DNA of 64,000 nucleotides, from contig NC_043007.1 of the NCBI RefSeq assembly GCF_006345805.1, forward strand, positions 34,100,001 through 34,164,000, read 5' to 3'. This document shows, piece by piece, positions 38,568 through 50,707 of this stretch. The position numbers were made by a program, and so were the translations under genes. Source of the DNA: Octopus sinensis. Its lineage: Eukaryota. Each line of letters begins with the position of its first letter. Position 1 is the stretch's first letter. Under the pieces are notes generated by a model, which saw only the letters and a list, made by a program, of their open reading frames with translations, had not been told where the DNA came from and did not search any database.

Positions 38568-38988
38568 TATTGTTAAATATATATTGAAGGCGTCGAGCTA
38601 GTAGGTTCTTTAGCTCGCCAGACAAAATGCTTAGCGATACGCCTTCCTGCTTCACTTTTTGAGTTCAAATTCCGCCGAGCTTGACTGTGCCTTTCATTCT
38701 TTCGTGATCGATAAAAAATATGTTCGATTTGAACACTATTGGTGACGTAATCATTATTACTTATTTCCTGCTCCGAAATTGCTGACTTTCTTCCAAAATT
38801 TGAAACCAATATTATTACTGTTGCCGTTGGTTCTAACGAGTGAAGACATATCCTTCGATATTTTATACTTAGTTTTTGGTTTTATACGTTTTCCTATGAG
38901 TATTTATTGTTTTAGAAACTGGCTATCATTTTTAACATATTCGTATCAAGTAAAGCTATTACGTCCGCTTTTTCACAAATAATTTTCA

Positions 38989-39395
38989 GGAGTGGCTGTG
39001 TGGTAAGTAGCTTGCTAACCAACCACATGGTTCCGGGTTCAGTCCCACTGCGTAGCATCTTGGGCAAGTGTCTTCTGCTATAGCCCCGGGCCGACCAATG
39101 CCTTGTGAGTGGATTTGGTAGATGGAAACTGAAAGACGCCTGTCGTATATATGTATTTATATATAAGTGTGTGTGTATATGTTTGTGTGTCTGTGTTTGT
39201 CCCCCTAGCATTGCTTGACAACCGATGCTGGTGTGTTTACGTCCCCGTCACTTAGCGGTTCGGCAAAAGAGACCGATAGAATAAGTACTGGGCTTACAAA
39301 GAATAAGTCCCGGGGTCGATTTGCTCGACTAAAGGCGGTGCTCTAGCATGGCCGCAGTTAAATGACTGAAACAAGTAAAAGAGTAAAAGAGTAAG
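38989..39395 (+). mobile_element. SINE family B, full length
   Basis: ggagtggctgtgtggtaagtagc ... gtaaaagagtaaaagag. Confidence 0.93.
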
Positions 39396-39504
39396 AGAGA
39401 GATATTTTTATATTTAAGTTCAATTTCATCCATAATGACATCGAGTTACAAAACAAAAACGCCTGTCGCTTGGAATTTACTTTGTTGTAAACTCTAGGAA
39501 CCAT

Positions 39505-39754
39505 AAATACGCCCTTTTAAAGCATAGCCAAGCTCATGGGCCCGTTTTCCCGGTTTCTCTGGCGTATGTGTTCCCCAGCTGGACGGGACGCTAGTCTATC
39601 GCAGCGTTACTCATTTTTGCCAGCTGAGTAGAGTGGAGCAACGTGAAATGAAGCGTTTTGCTCAAAAACACAACGCATCGCCCGGTCCAGGAATCGAAAC
39701 CACAATCTTACGATCATGATGCTGACACGCTAACCGCGAAGCCACGCGCCTCCA
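39505..39754 (-). mobile_element. SINE family D
   Basis: tRNA-like head tggaggcgcgtggcttcgcggttagcg plus CORE-like body. Confidence 0.85.
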
Positions 39755-41034
39755 CTTAGGTAGCCACACTTTCCATTGCGTATGATAGAGTTTAAAATCC
39801 TCCCCGACCCCTGGACGGGTTCTCGATTTATCGTATGGTTAACGTCCACGTATTTTTGAAACTCATTTGCATCTGACTGGACTGGAGCGATGTGAAAGAA
39901 TGCTTTGCGCAAAAGCACAACACTACAATCCAGAAATTGAAATCACAACCTCAGAATTGAGCTTGCTCCGCCCCTAAAAACATTCCCTCGCGACTCCACC
40001 AATATCTATCGAAGCAGAAAAAATTGCAATTCTGACCCTAGGTAGCATATTAAATTCAGTGCATGTTGTTAAAAAGTCGAAAATTTTGCTTTTTCGTAGG
40101 GATAATCTTGTGATTCTCAGAATTCACTCGGCGACGACAGCAATAATGCTAAAATTCACATTAAAAAAAATCACGACGGCAAATAAATTGAAGTTAATTT
40201 TGACGAGTTGCCGCTCCTTTGAAATATTGATCATATCCAATATGCAATCCGAAACGAATTATTCGCAGAACTGAGTTCAAAAGAACTGCGTCTATCTGAT
40301 TAAAGAAGAGGGAATCAGATTTTTTTTTGTCCTACAAGGGAGGAGCGGTGTCTTTTCTATATTTTTAATGATCAGATTTAAGGAGACACGCTTAGCTATT
40401 TGGGCGTGTGCCTCTTACATAAAAACAGGCAAAGCCTATGGTACTGTCTGCTTGAGTTTCAGAAACATTGCAGACATACAGAAATTGAACACGATACTCC
40501 CGCTCTTAAGCCTTGAGCAACAATATATGAGGTTGCGCAATACAACAATAACACTTAATTAATACTGACTCTTGGCTCGTTCTCCTTTTCGTAAAGGGGA
40601 TGTGGGCGAGCGACGAGTACACAACTAGCGAGAAATGATTTATGGTATGATGGAGTTAGCATCGACTCGCAAGATCTTATGTCTTCTCAGGACCACAAAG
40701 GCATTCTAGAATTTTGTCCCATTGTAGGTGTTGTGTCTAAGACTATACAACTGATAGTACAAAAGGAGAGGAGCCCAGTTATTACACTCGTGGGCGCAGA
40801 AGCTATTTGAAGGCCTTCATACGATTGATAGAGAAACACAAATATATTGAGCAGGGTACAGAAACCGTTCTTCCAGAAACATCACCGGTTATACGTCCGA
40901 TTACAAAGACGAACGTGACCGAAAAATATGGCTAGTTCTCAGTCCCGTATACAAACGATAATGAGGCTCTGTCTCTCTCTCTCTCTTTCTGTCTCTCTGT
41001 CAGTGTGTAGAGCCCGTATGTAAAAGATAATGAG

Positions 41035-41075
<41 letters not shown>

Positions 41076-42192
41076 CTCTGTCAGTGTGTAGAGTTTCGAA
41101 GGAACTTATCTCTGTCTCCATCTCAAAGGGCGCCAATGACAAAATCCCTTCGCTAAACAGTATTACGCCATCACCATACGAAGATGGTGATGAAACGTAG
41201 CTCGAGGAAGACTGGAAGATCGCTGTGCGGTATAAATAAAATAATACGTGAAGAAATACGTACATAAATTAGTCACATACGTTGCAAAAAGCTTTTATGA
41301 GACAGGAGTAAAAAGCCTGGACTATAAGAATCGTACAGTTTTACGATTATCGGAAATAATATCAAAGTGCTCCAATCCTTCTTATTTAAAGTTAGATACA
41401 ATTTGAATGTGTTTCTTTTTTATCGATTTTCATTCAAAATACACAACACGCAGATGTAAATAACTAAGCAAATACCTGAAACAACGCGTTTGAAACCCCA
41501 AACTACCTTTTTTTATTTTATTTTCTTAACATTTTTTTTCGTCAATTACTTTTAGTGAATGCTTCCTAAAACACCTCGTGGTTATACTTAATTTGCCAGT
41601 TCATTAAAAGAAAAAGAAAATTATATATCTTCTCTTCATTGAGTATTATCATAGAAAGCTAAATTTGGTATTCTAATAAAATCTTTTCTTATTTCAGTTG
41701 CCTTATATTGTAGGAAAATGAAAGACAAAAAAGAAATTTTGTGTGTTTATACAAAACTAAAATGGCGACTGAATTACCATTGTCCCTTTTCTTCTCTCTT
41801 TTTTGCTCATTTAAATTTTCTCTTTTTATGTATATCATTTTATTTTCCTCTCAGTCAACTGCAATATTACCCAGCTTGCCTATGGCTAAATCTTTATTAA
41901 GAAGAATTTTGTTTTAAAAAATCGCAAAGAAATACAAATAAAATATTGTTTGATCAGTTTCTTTCTGGAATAAACATTGAGGTTTAGGTTAATTTTCTTT
42001 TAATTCACTAGAAGAGAATATCTTCACGATTATTCAGTAATATTTTCTCCATTTTTCAAGCCGATTCCTCTGTTATTATGTTAATGGAACTAGCCATTTC
42101 ATTTGTTTTATATTTGGCATGTAGTCCATTTATTTTCAGAACCTCTAAATGCACCAAAGTCGACGGATATAAATAATCATTGAAAGACTCAC

Positions 42193-42223
42193 GTAAACTA
42201 ATGTACAGGATTAACAGAAATCT
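42193..42223 (-). other. Candidate 31 nt microexon (minus strand)
   Basis: atatttactttccttgttactag|AGATTTCTGTTAATCCTGTACATTAGTTTAC|gtgagt; reads RFLLILYISL. Confidence 0.2.
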
Positions 42224-42726
42224 CTAGTAACAAGGAAAGTAAATATTTATTAATGGATTAGCTATTTCTTTATTCTCTTACTCATTTCGTCTATGTAACA
42301 ACAATAATACTGCCTTCAAAATTTCTTAATCGATTTGATCGACCCCATCACTTGTTCTATTCTGCTGCTTGTTTTATTGATTTCTATTTATCGAATAGCT
42401 GTTAGCATTTTTTATACAAAGGATCGCCACTCGACATATCGGTATACTCACCCACATATGAGTACATGTCTTTAACCAATGGACTAAGAAGACCAGTCAT
42501 TGATTCAATACGTAAGGATGTAGAAGAAATTTCTCTCTGTCCCTCTGTCTCTCACCCTCTCTCTCTCTCTCTCTCTCCCTCTCCTCTCTCATCGCTCTGT
42601 GAAACATGATTTCGGGTTCAGTCCTACTGCGCGGTACCATGAACTTCTACTATGGTCTCGCGGTTGACTGATGCATTGTGAGTGAAATTGGTTGAGGGGA
42701 AACTGTGGAAACCCCGTTGTGTAATA

Positions 42727-42955
42727 TTTCTTTATTGCCCACAAGGGGCTAAACATAGAGAGGACAAACAAGGACAGACAAACGGATTAAGTCGATTATA
42801 TCGACCCCAGTGCGTAACTGTTACTTAATTTATCGACCCCGAAAGGATGAAAGGCAAAGTCAACCTCGGAGGAATTTGAACTCAGAACGTAACGGCAGTC
42901 GAAATCCCGCTAAGCATTTTGCCCGGTGTGCTGACGTTTCTGCCAGCTTGCCGCC
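42727..42955 (-). mobile_element. SINE family A with TSD ttgtgtaata
   Basis: Full-length copy; 10 bp direct repeat on the flanks. Confidence 0.9.
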
Positions 42956-43235
42956 TTACCCTATTGTGTAATATGCGCTTGTATGCGTGTGTCTTTGTGT
43001 TTGTTTGTTCCTCAGCACCTCTTGAGAACCAGCGTCCCCGTAACGTAGAAATTCGCCAAGAGAAACCGATGGAATAAATACCAGACTTAAAAATTACGTA
43101 CAGCAATCGATTTATTAGACATAGTCGCAGTTCTATACATAAAACCAGTGAAAGCGGAATGCATAGAATATATAGATTTCTATGGAGTAGACATACATAC
43201 TGCTGGCGTTCTTGTTGGGAAACTGGTGAGTTGTT

Positions 43236-43292
43236 CCGACCATGCTGATGAGTGCTTTAGTCTTAAAGCCGAAACTATCGACAGTCCTGGGA
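43236..43292 (+). ncRNA. Type-I hammerhead ribozyme motif with intact catalytic core
   Basis: ccatg-CTGATGA-g t gcttta gtct taaagc c-GAAA-ctatcgacag-TC-ctggga. Stem III is one substitution away from the palindrome ctgtcgacag; predicted cleavage after C43286. Confidence 0.75.
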
Positions 43293-43690
43293 TATCAAGA
43301 CTGTCACTTCCGGCCGTTTTACAGTCGCTATCAATAGACATGTATACAATTGTGTGCGTTGTCTGCTGTATCAGAGCACTTTAGCACTTATTTCTGGCAT
43401 TGTGGGTGTTCCAGCACAATATATATGAATAAATCACGCACACACACACGCAGACACACACACACACGCAAGCACACACACACATACACATGTATATGTA
43501 CAGACTTTTCTTACTTTTTGTTAGATTTTTTCGGAGATATCAGTGGAAGGTCAGGGTTGATTTTCAAATTGAAAAGAGTTTATTCCCTTCAAGACGTCAA
43601 CAGTCTTTGAACATAGCAACCTTATAAACTAAAGGTGCAATCGATTTGAGACTGCTCCTACTGTCAAGAGTCAATATATGTTCCCTGTAA

Positions 43691-44090
43691 GGTGGCGAGC
43701 TGGCAGAAACGTTAGCGCGCCGGGCGAAATACTTAGCGGTATTTCGTCTGGTGTTACGTTCTCAATTCAAATTCCGCCGAGGTCGACTTTGCCTTTCAGC
43801 CTTTCGGAGTCGATTAAATAAGTACCAGTTACGCAATGGGGTCGATGTAATCAACTTAATCCGTTTGTCCCCTCTATGTTTAACCCCTTATGCGCTGTAA
43901 AGAAATAAGAAACGTTAGCGCGCCGGGCGAAGTGCTTAGTAGTATTTCGTCTGTCTTTATGTTCTGATTTCAAATTCCACCGAGGTCGACTTTACTTTTT
44001 ATCCTTTCTGGAGTCGATAAATTAAGTGCCAGTTGCGTACTAGGGTCGATCCAATCAACTGGTCCCCTCCACAAAAATGTCGGACCTTGT
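43691..44090 (+). mobile_element. SINE family A dimer (second monomer with alternative tail)
   Basis: First monomer ends aagaaata; the second restarts at agaaacgttagcgcgccggg and ends caactggtcccctccacaaaaatgtcggaccttg. Confidence 0.88.
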
Positions 44091-44162
44091 TACATGACCG
44101 ATGTGTGTACTTTGATGAAAATTTACTTTGATTTCGGCGTGAAAATTAGGCTTTATATGTAG

Positions 44163-44216
44163 GATACGTCTCTGTCGATTTTGACCCTGTATCAGCATAT
44201 GTCTGTGCAACCCTGG
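44163..44216 (+). other. Candidate 54 nt exon
   Basis: ctttatatgtag|...CTGG|gtaaga; open as (G)YVSVDFDPVSAYVCATL(G) or DTSLSILTLYQHMSVQPW. Confidence 0.2.
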
Positions 44217-44532
44217 GTAAGATTTTTTAGAGGAAGAGTGGCAGATTCATGTGCATATATGCCACCTCTCTTCCCAACACCAATATATATCCAAAGAAAA
44301 CACCGTTGAATTCGGCGAAATCGGCTTGGCACCAGTGTCCTTTCAGGTCCTGCTGTTAGTGTGCAAATCCAGAACAAATACTGCAAAGCATCTTGCCCGA
44401 CTTACTAAAAGTCCTGTCAATGCTGCACTTTGATATAATGTCACTTTTTAAAATCGAGCCTGAGAAGATGCGAGGCAAATTTGACATCCGCTGTATTCAA
44501 AGTTTGAGCGCAGAATTAAAATATTACTGGGT

Positions 44533-44914
44533 GGGAAGCACTCCGTCGGTTACGACGACGAGGGTTCCGGTTGATCCGATCAACGGAACAGCCTGCTCGT
44601 GAAATTTACGTGTAAGTGGCTGAGCACTCCACAGACACGTGTACCCTTAACGCAGTTCTCGGGGATATTCAGCGTGACACAGAGAGTGACAAGGCCGGCC
44701 CTTTGAAATACAGGTACAACAGAAACAGGAAGTAAGAGTGAGAGAAAGTTGTGGTGAAAGAGTTCAGCAGGGATCACCACCATCCCTGCCGGAGCCTCGT
44801 GGAGCTTTAGCTGTTTTCGCTCAATAAACGCTCACAACGCCCGGTCTGGGAATCGAAACCGCGATCCTATGACCGCGAGTCCGCTGCCCTAACCACTGGG
44901 TAATTGCGCCTCCA
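44533..44914 (-). mobile_element. SINE family C (tail variant 3)
   Basis: Head as in 20218; tail ends ggaaccctcgtcgtcgtaaccgacggagtgcttccc. Confidence 0.9.
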
Positions 44915-45202
44915 CTAAAATATTACTAGCTGAATGGAAACTCTGTTTGAATTAAGCATGAACATTTATTTCTTGTCGTCTCAATTTATCAACCATTATT
45001 TAATATCAAACACGCACTACATTTCTTTCATTAAAGGCTTAGACAGATTTTTATACAGTTTCAGTTGCTTTTAATATTCTGATATCAATGTATCAGCAGA
45101 TTTTTCTTGTAACACTCTTTTAATTAAAAGACATTAGAAATTAATGTAATTATAAATATATATATATAATTATTATGAAGCGTTGTGTAGAATATATTGT
45201 AT

Positions 45203-45457
45203 AAAGGATTGTGGGTAAGGCCAGAACAATGCGAAGTAAATGCAAGGCAAATCCTAAGAAAACAAATTTATGAATTAATGTAGACTTACCTTGTATTCAA
45301 TATTGCGGAGTTATGACGGCAACATTCGTTAATTTCTTGAAAATGGGGTCATAACCCCGAAATATTGAATACAAAGTCTAAATTAGTTGTTAAATTTATT
45401 TTCTTGTGATTTGCCTTGCATTTACTTCGCATTCTTCTGGCCTTACCACGATCCCTT
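45203..45457. repeat. Imperfect ~255 bp foldback (MITE-like hairpin)
   Basis: ggtaaggccagaacaatgcgaagtaaatgcaaggcaaatc pairs with gatttgccttgcatttacttcgcattcttctggccttacc; inner stems continue to a ~30 nt loop. Confidence 0.85.
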
Positions 45458-45559
45458 AAAAAATATTTGTGTGTGTATGTGTGTTTGTGTGTGTATGTAT
45501 GTGTGTGTGTATGTGAATGTGTGTGTGCGTGTGTATAGATGTATGTGTGTGCTTTTAGT

Positions 45560-46040
45560 AGGCTTGATAGGCGTCTGTGGAAACAACATAATATATCTTC
45601 ACAAATTAAAGTTAAGGTATGTAAGGCAATTAGAACGGTACCATCAATACTCTCTGAGGAAAATTTGTGGGATGAGCTGAAAAATGGCCATTAGTAATGT
45701 GGAGGGGCTTGAGATGAATGGCAATAGAAGTATAGATTCAATGACTTTGGAAAGACGTTTGAGGTCAGGGGAGCATTTGGTAAGGATGAGTGATGAGCGA
45801 CTGCCCAAGCAACTATTGTATGGTGAGCTGGAAAATGCTAGACCAGCGCATAAGCCTAAACTAAGGTTTAAGGATTGCCTTAAAAATGCTCTAATACAGA
45901 CAGGAATTGCAGCTGGTGATTGGGAGAGGGAGGGCCAAGACTGCGATGGATGGAGGTAGATAGTGCATGGTGGTTGTTCAAGGTTTGAGAGGGAGATGGT
46001 GAAGTATGAGAGAATTAGGAGGATGCTTAGAAGGAAGGTC
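45560..46040 (+). mobile_element. RTE-clade LINE 3' fragment
   Basis: AFSRLDRRLWKQHNIS..IKVKV; LERYHQYSLRKI; HLVRMSDERLPKQLLYGEL...KPKLRFKDCLK. Confidence 0.88.
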
Positions 46041-46704
46041 GATAAATTTTCGAGGTCGATAAATTAAGTACGAGTTGCTTCCTGGGGTCCATCTTATCGA
46101 CTGGACCCCTGCCCAAAAAATTCGGGCCTTGTGCCTAGAGTAGAAATGAATATTGAGTATTATATTATGATTAACTGAAATATTTTTGACACGTTTTTAA
46201 ACTTCGACGCATCACTGAATGGGTAAGAAGTTCGTTTTGCAACGACGAGGTGCCGGGTTCGAACGCACTGCGTGGCATAGTTTACTATATCATCGCGTAG
46301 TTAAACAATACATTTTTCTGAGTAAAAATTTATCAGATGGAAACTGTATGGAAGCCTGTCAGATGGTTTCTGCTTGTAATTCAAAAAGAAAGTCCCTGCC
46401 GTCAACCATTGTATCTTCGCTGATTTGTCTGAGAATTACGCAGAAGAGTACAAACGTCCGTGGAATATTCAGCTACGTAAACATTAATTTAGTTGGTCGA
46501 ATAACTGAATGCTTTTCGTCAAACTAAAGATATCCACCAGTACCAGCACCAGCACCAGAATATCGATTTGTGACTTAGATGGCTTCCTTTTTTTTCCTTG
46601 AGGGGGCGGAGTGATTTCGTTTCGTTTATTTTTGCGCTACTTTCCTTCATCTATCTTCCACTCAATTCTCATATGTTCAAATTTAGAGTCATATAATGCT
46701 TGCT

Positions 46705-46738
<34 letters not shown>

Positions 46739-46744
46739 TGTATG

Positions 46745-46776
<32 letters not shown>

Positions 46777-46952
46777 CATGTTTATTTCTTTATGTTTGTA
46801 TGCATATATGTATGTGTGTATGTATCATTATTTATGTAATTGTTTATGTATACGTGTATGTATGTATGTATGCATATTTATTTATGTATGTATATTTATT
46901 TATTTATATGTATATTTATTTATGCATGTATGCATATGTATGTATGTATGTA

Positions 46953-47336
46953 TACTCTTATACTTGTTTCAGTCATTTGACTGTGGCCTTGCTGGAGCAC
47001 CGCCTTTAGTCGAGCAAATCGACACCAGGACTTATTCTTTGTAAGCCTAGTACTTATTATATCGGTCTCTTTTGCTGAACCGCTAAGTTACGGGGACGTA
47101 AACACACCAGCATCGGTTGTCAAGCGATGTTGGGTGGGGGGAGCACAGACACACAGACATACACACACATACATATATACGATGGACTTCTTTCAGTTTC
47201 CGTCTACAAAATCCACTCAGAAGGCTTTGGTCGGCCCGGGACTATAGTAGAAGACACTTGTCCAATATGCCACGCAGTGGGACTGAACCCGGAACCATGT
47301 TGTTGGTAAGCAAGCTGCTTACCACATAGCCACTCC
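46953..47336 (-). mobile_element. SINE family B
   Basis: Full layout present. Confidence 0.9.
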
Positions 47337-48106
47337 TACACCTATACATGTATATTTATTTATGCATGTATGTGTATATTTGTATGTATGTATGTGTGTA
47401 TGTATGTGTGTATGTATGTATGTATGTATTATGTATGTTTCTGTATCTGCGTATATAAATACTGCCGTCGTCTGCTTACGCTAAATGTTTGTGAAATCAA
47501 CCGCCATCTTACTTCTCTGTAGCTAACAACAAAATACGATAACTGAAGTCAAATATTTCCAAACAGAATTCTACTGCCAGCTCCAGCGTTTTATTCATTA
47601 CTTTTTCTTTCCTTTTTTACAATTCAAAACACTCATTTCCTGTCAGATTTTATTTTGCCACGTCAAGGCCAGTCTCTTGTCGGTTATAGCTTTGAGAAGC
47701 ATTGTTTCTGTCGTGATCAACTATATGTGGGCTATTCAAACAGTAGGCAGTCACAATGCATTGCATTATGCACATATTAACCGCCAACATTGGATTAGCA
47801 AAAACCATTGTTAATAGAATAGTTATGTCACCAAATATTTAGTATTTTCTTTGTATGAGAAATATATCCTAGGAGCTTTCTACAATCAAAGCAAAACGTA
47901 CACTCGTGGAAGGTTCGATTTCTGAGCAAACATGAAGCATTTGATGTTTGAAAACAACAACAACTGGTTTTCCTGTGGTAGGTATAATTGTTTCTAGGAT
48001 TGAATGCCGATGTTTTTGTTGTATTTCCTGCTGTTTTAAAATTTTAACCTCGTAAATGTAAGAATCCTACGTATTGACTAAATATATTAGAACCAACGTA
48101 GAGGCA

Positions 48107-48173
<67 letters not shown>

Positions 48174-48205
48174 CGCATATGTATGTATATATATATATGC
48201 GCGTG

Positions 48206-48241
<36 letters not shown>

Positions 48242-48249
48242 AATGCATA

Positions 48250-48318
<69 letters not shown>

Positions 48319-48320
<2 letters not shown>

Positions 48321-48556
48321 CTTTTATTCTTTTATTTTGTTTCAGTCATTTCACTGCGGCCATGTTGGAGCATCGCCTTTAGTCAATCAAATCGACCCCA
48401 GGACTAATTCTTTGTAAGCCTAGTACTTATTCTATCGGTGTCTTTGGCCGAACCGCTAAATTACAGGGACGTAAACATACCAACATCACTTATTAAGTAA
48501 TGGTGGGCGGAAACACACACACACACACATACACACACACACAACACACGCAAATG

Positions 48557-48593
<37 letters not shown>

Positions 48594-48770
48594 GTGTGTG
48601 TGTATGTATGTATACGGCGGGATTCTTTGAATTTCCGTCTACCAAAACCACTCACAAGGCTTTGGTCAGCCCGAGGCAATATTAATAGCAGACACTTGCC
48701 CAAGGTGCCACGCAGTGGGACTCAATCTAGAGCCCTGTGGTTGGTAAGCAAGCTACCTACCACACAGCCA
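48319..48770 (-). mobile_element. SINE family B
   Basis: Full layout present. Confidence 0.9.
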
Positions 48771-48809
<39 letters not shown>

Positions 48810-49537
48810 GTATATATATATATACGTAAATGTCGAAGAATGAGAATAAGTGCTTAATACCGCATTGGTGGATAAGCATTGTTTATTTGTGTCTTAAGGC
48901 TACCTTTGGTTTCATGTTAGAAAAAACACCTTAACAATTCTTCAAGCTGATCACAAGGAAAAATTGGTGTTCGTATACAAGATGACACGCAGAGGATTTG
49001 AACAGGAAACCATGTCGCTGCAAAGCTGCGTTTTAAACCCCCACACATGGCCTATGATACAGGTTGAGAATCGCTTATCCGAATTCTCTGATATCGGGAA
49101 TACTGTGAATTTCGGAGTTTTTAGTATATCTATATTAAAATGGAACTTGGGGGTGGATCGAAATCGAAATATAATATCCATTTAGATTTCATAATATAAC
49201 TTATTAATATGTAGTTGTATATAAGTATTTAACAATTCCTTATACTTAGTACCATCAGTGATGTAAGATACCAGTCTCCACGTATCATAATTTAATTAGA
49301 AGGGTCTTCGTAGACCGTTTGTATTTTACTATACATGTATATAAATGTGAAGAGACGGCTGTGGTATTAGACACTTTCTCAAGGCACCGTGTTGTTGTTT
49401 GGAACCCATAGCCACATAATTACGAAGCAATGTTAACCAGACATGATTGTGTGTACCAATGAATGGAAATACTATTTAAAAAGAGCTGACAATTAATCAC
49501 CAAAATATTGCAATGGGAAAAGAACTCTGAATGTGCA

Positions 49538-49950
49538 GGAGTAGCTGTGTGGTAAGTAGCTTGTTTACCAACCACATGGTTCCGGGTTCAGTCCCACTGC
49601 GTGGCACCTTGGGCAAGTGTCTTCTACTATAGCCTCAGGCCGACCAAAGCCTTGTGAGTGGATTTGGTAGACGGAAACTGAAAGAAGCCTGTCGTATATA
49701 TGTATATATATATATATATATGCGTGTGTGTGTTTGTGTGTCTGTGTTTGTCCCCCTAGCATTGCTTGACAACCGATGCTGGTGTGTTTATGACCCCGTT
49801 ACTTAGCGGTTCGGCAAAAGAGACCGATAGAATAAGTACTGGGCTTACAAAAGAATAAGTCCCGGGGTCGAGATGCTCGATTAAAGGCGGTGCTCCAGCA
49901 TGGCCGCAGTCAAATGACTGAAACAAGTAAAAGAGTAAAAGAGAGAGAGT
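49538..49950 (+). mobile_element. SINE family B, full length
   Basis: Full layout present. Confidence 0.93.
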
Positions 49951-50265
49951 AAAGAGTACAATTTGAGCACTTTGATTGATTTAATAGATTTAACTACTTC
50001 CGGGTAACAGCATAGATAAATCTGTATCCCTCTGCAAAGCCATGTTGATTCAGCGTGGCAGAGTAGGATCATCACACTAGTTATAATCAAAGGTGAAAAT
50101 CTATGGAGTTTTCCTCTGGTAGGTATAATTGTTACCAGGATTGAATGCCGATGTCTTTGTTGTATTTCCTGCTGCTTTAAAATTTTAACCTCTTAAATGT
50201 AAGAATCCTACTTTTGACTAAATATATTAGAACCAACGTAGAGGCAATATATATGTATATGTATA

Positions 50266-50648
50266 TCTTTATATATAAAAGTCAAGTTGTGTGTCTGCCT
50301 CCTACGATTTAGATTCCTAACTACTCCCACATTTTGCGGTGTAGTTTAACCAAAACCGGGTATCTTATAGTCGTGATTCATATCGAGCCCTTCTGGGTAT
50401 TAGCGCGCGTCTACGATTTAAAAAAAAATTACCATCATTTTTTCCATTTTAATGCATTTTTTCGCTATTATATAAGGGAAGTAACTCTCTAAAAATGTCT
50501 ACGATGAGTCAACGATTTAAAAAAAAATTTACCATCATTTTCTTTCCATTTTAATGCATTTTTTTCCTATTTTTTGGCTATAACTCTCTAAAAATGCTTA
50601 TATAATTATTTCCCTTACAAACCCGAGCAACGCCGGTGATACTGCTAG
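50266..50648 (+). mobile_element. Non-autonomous Helitron-like element
   Basis: Starts TC(tttatatataaaa) after A and ends acccgagcaacgccggtgatactgCTAG before T; has an internal ~60 bp duplication. Confidence 0.75.

Positions 50649-50707
<59 letters not shown>

Noticed and set aside
41165-41215. Hairpin atcaccat/atggtgat followed by gaaacgta
   Set aside because: No recognisable CUGANGA upstream.
47640-47780. Open frame with HCFCRDQL and CIALC, suggestive of a WSC-like domain
   Set aside because: Motif order is wrong, the donor site is weak, and there is no supporting context.
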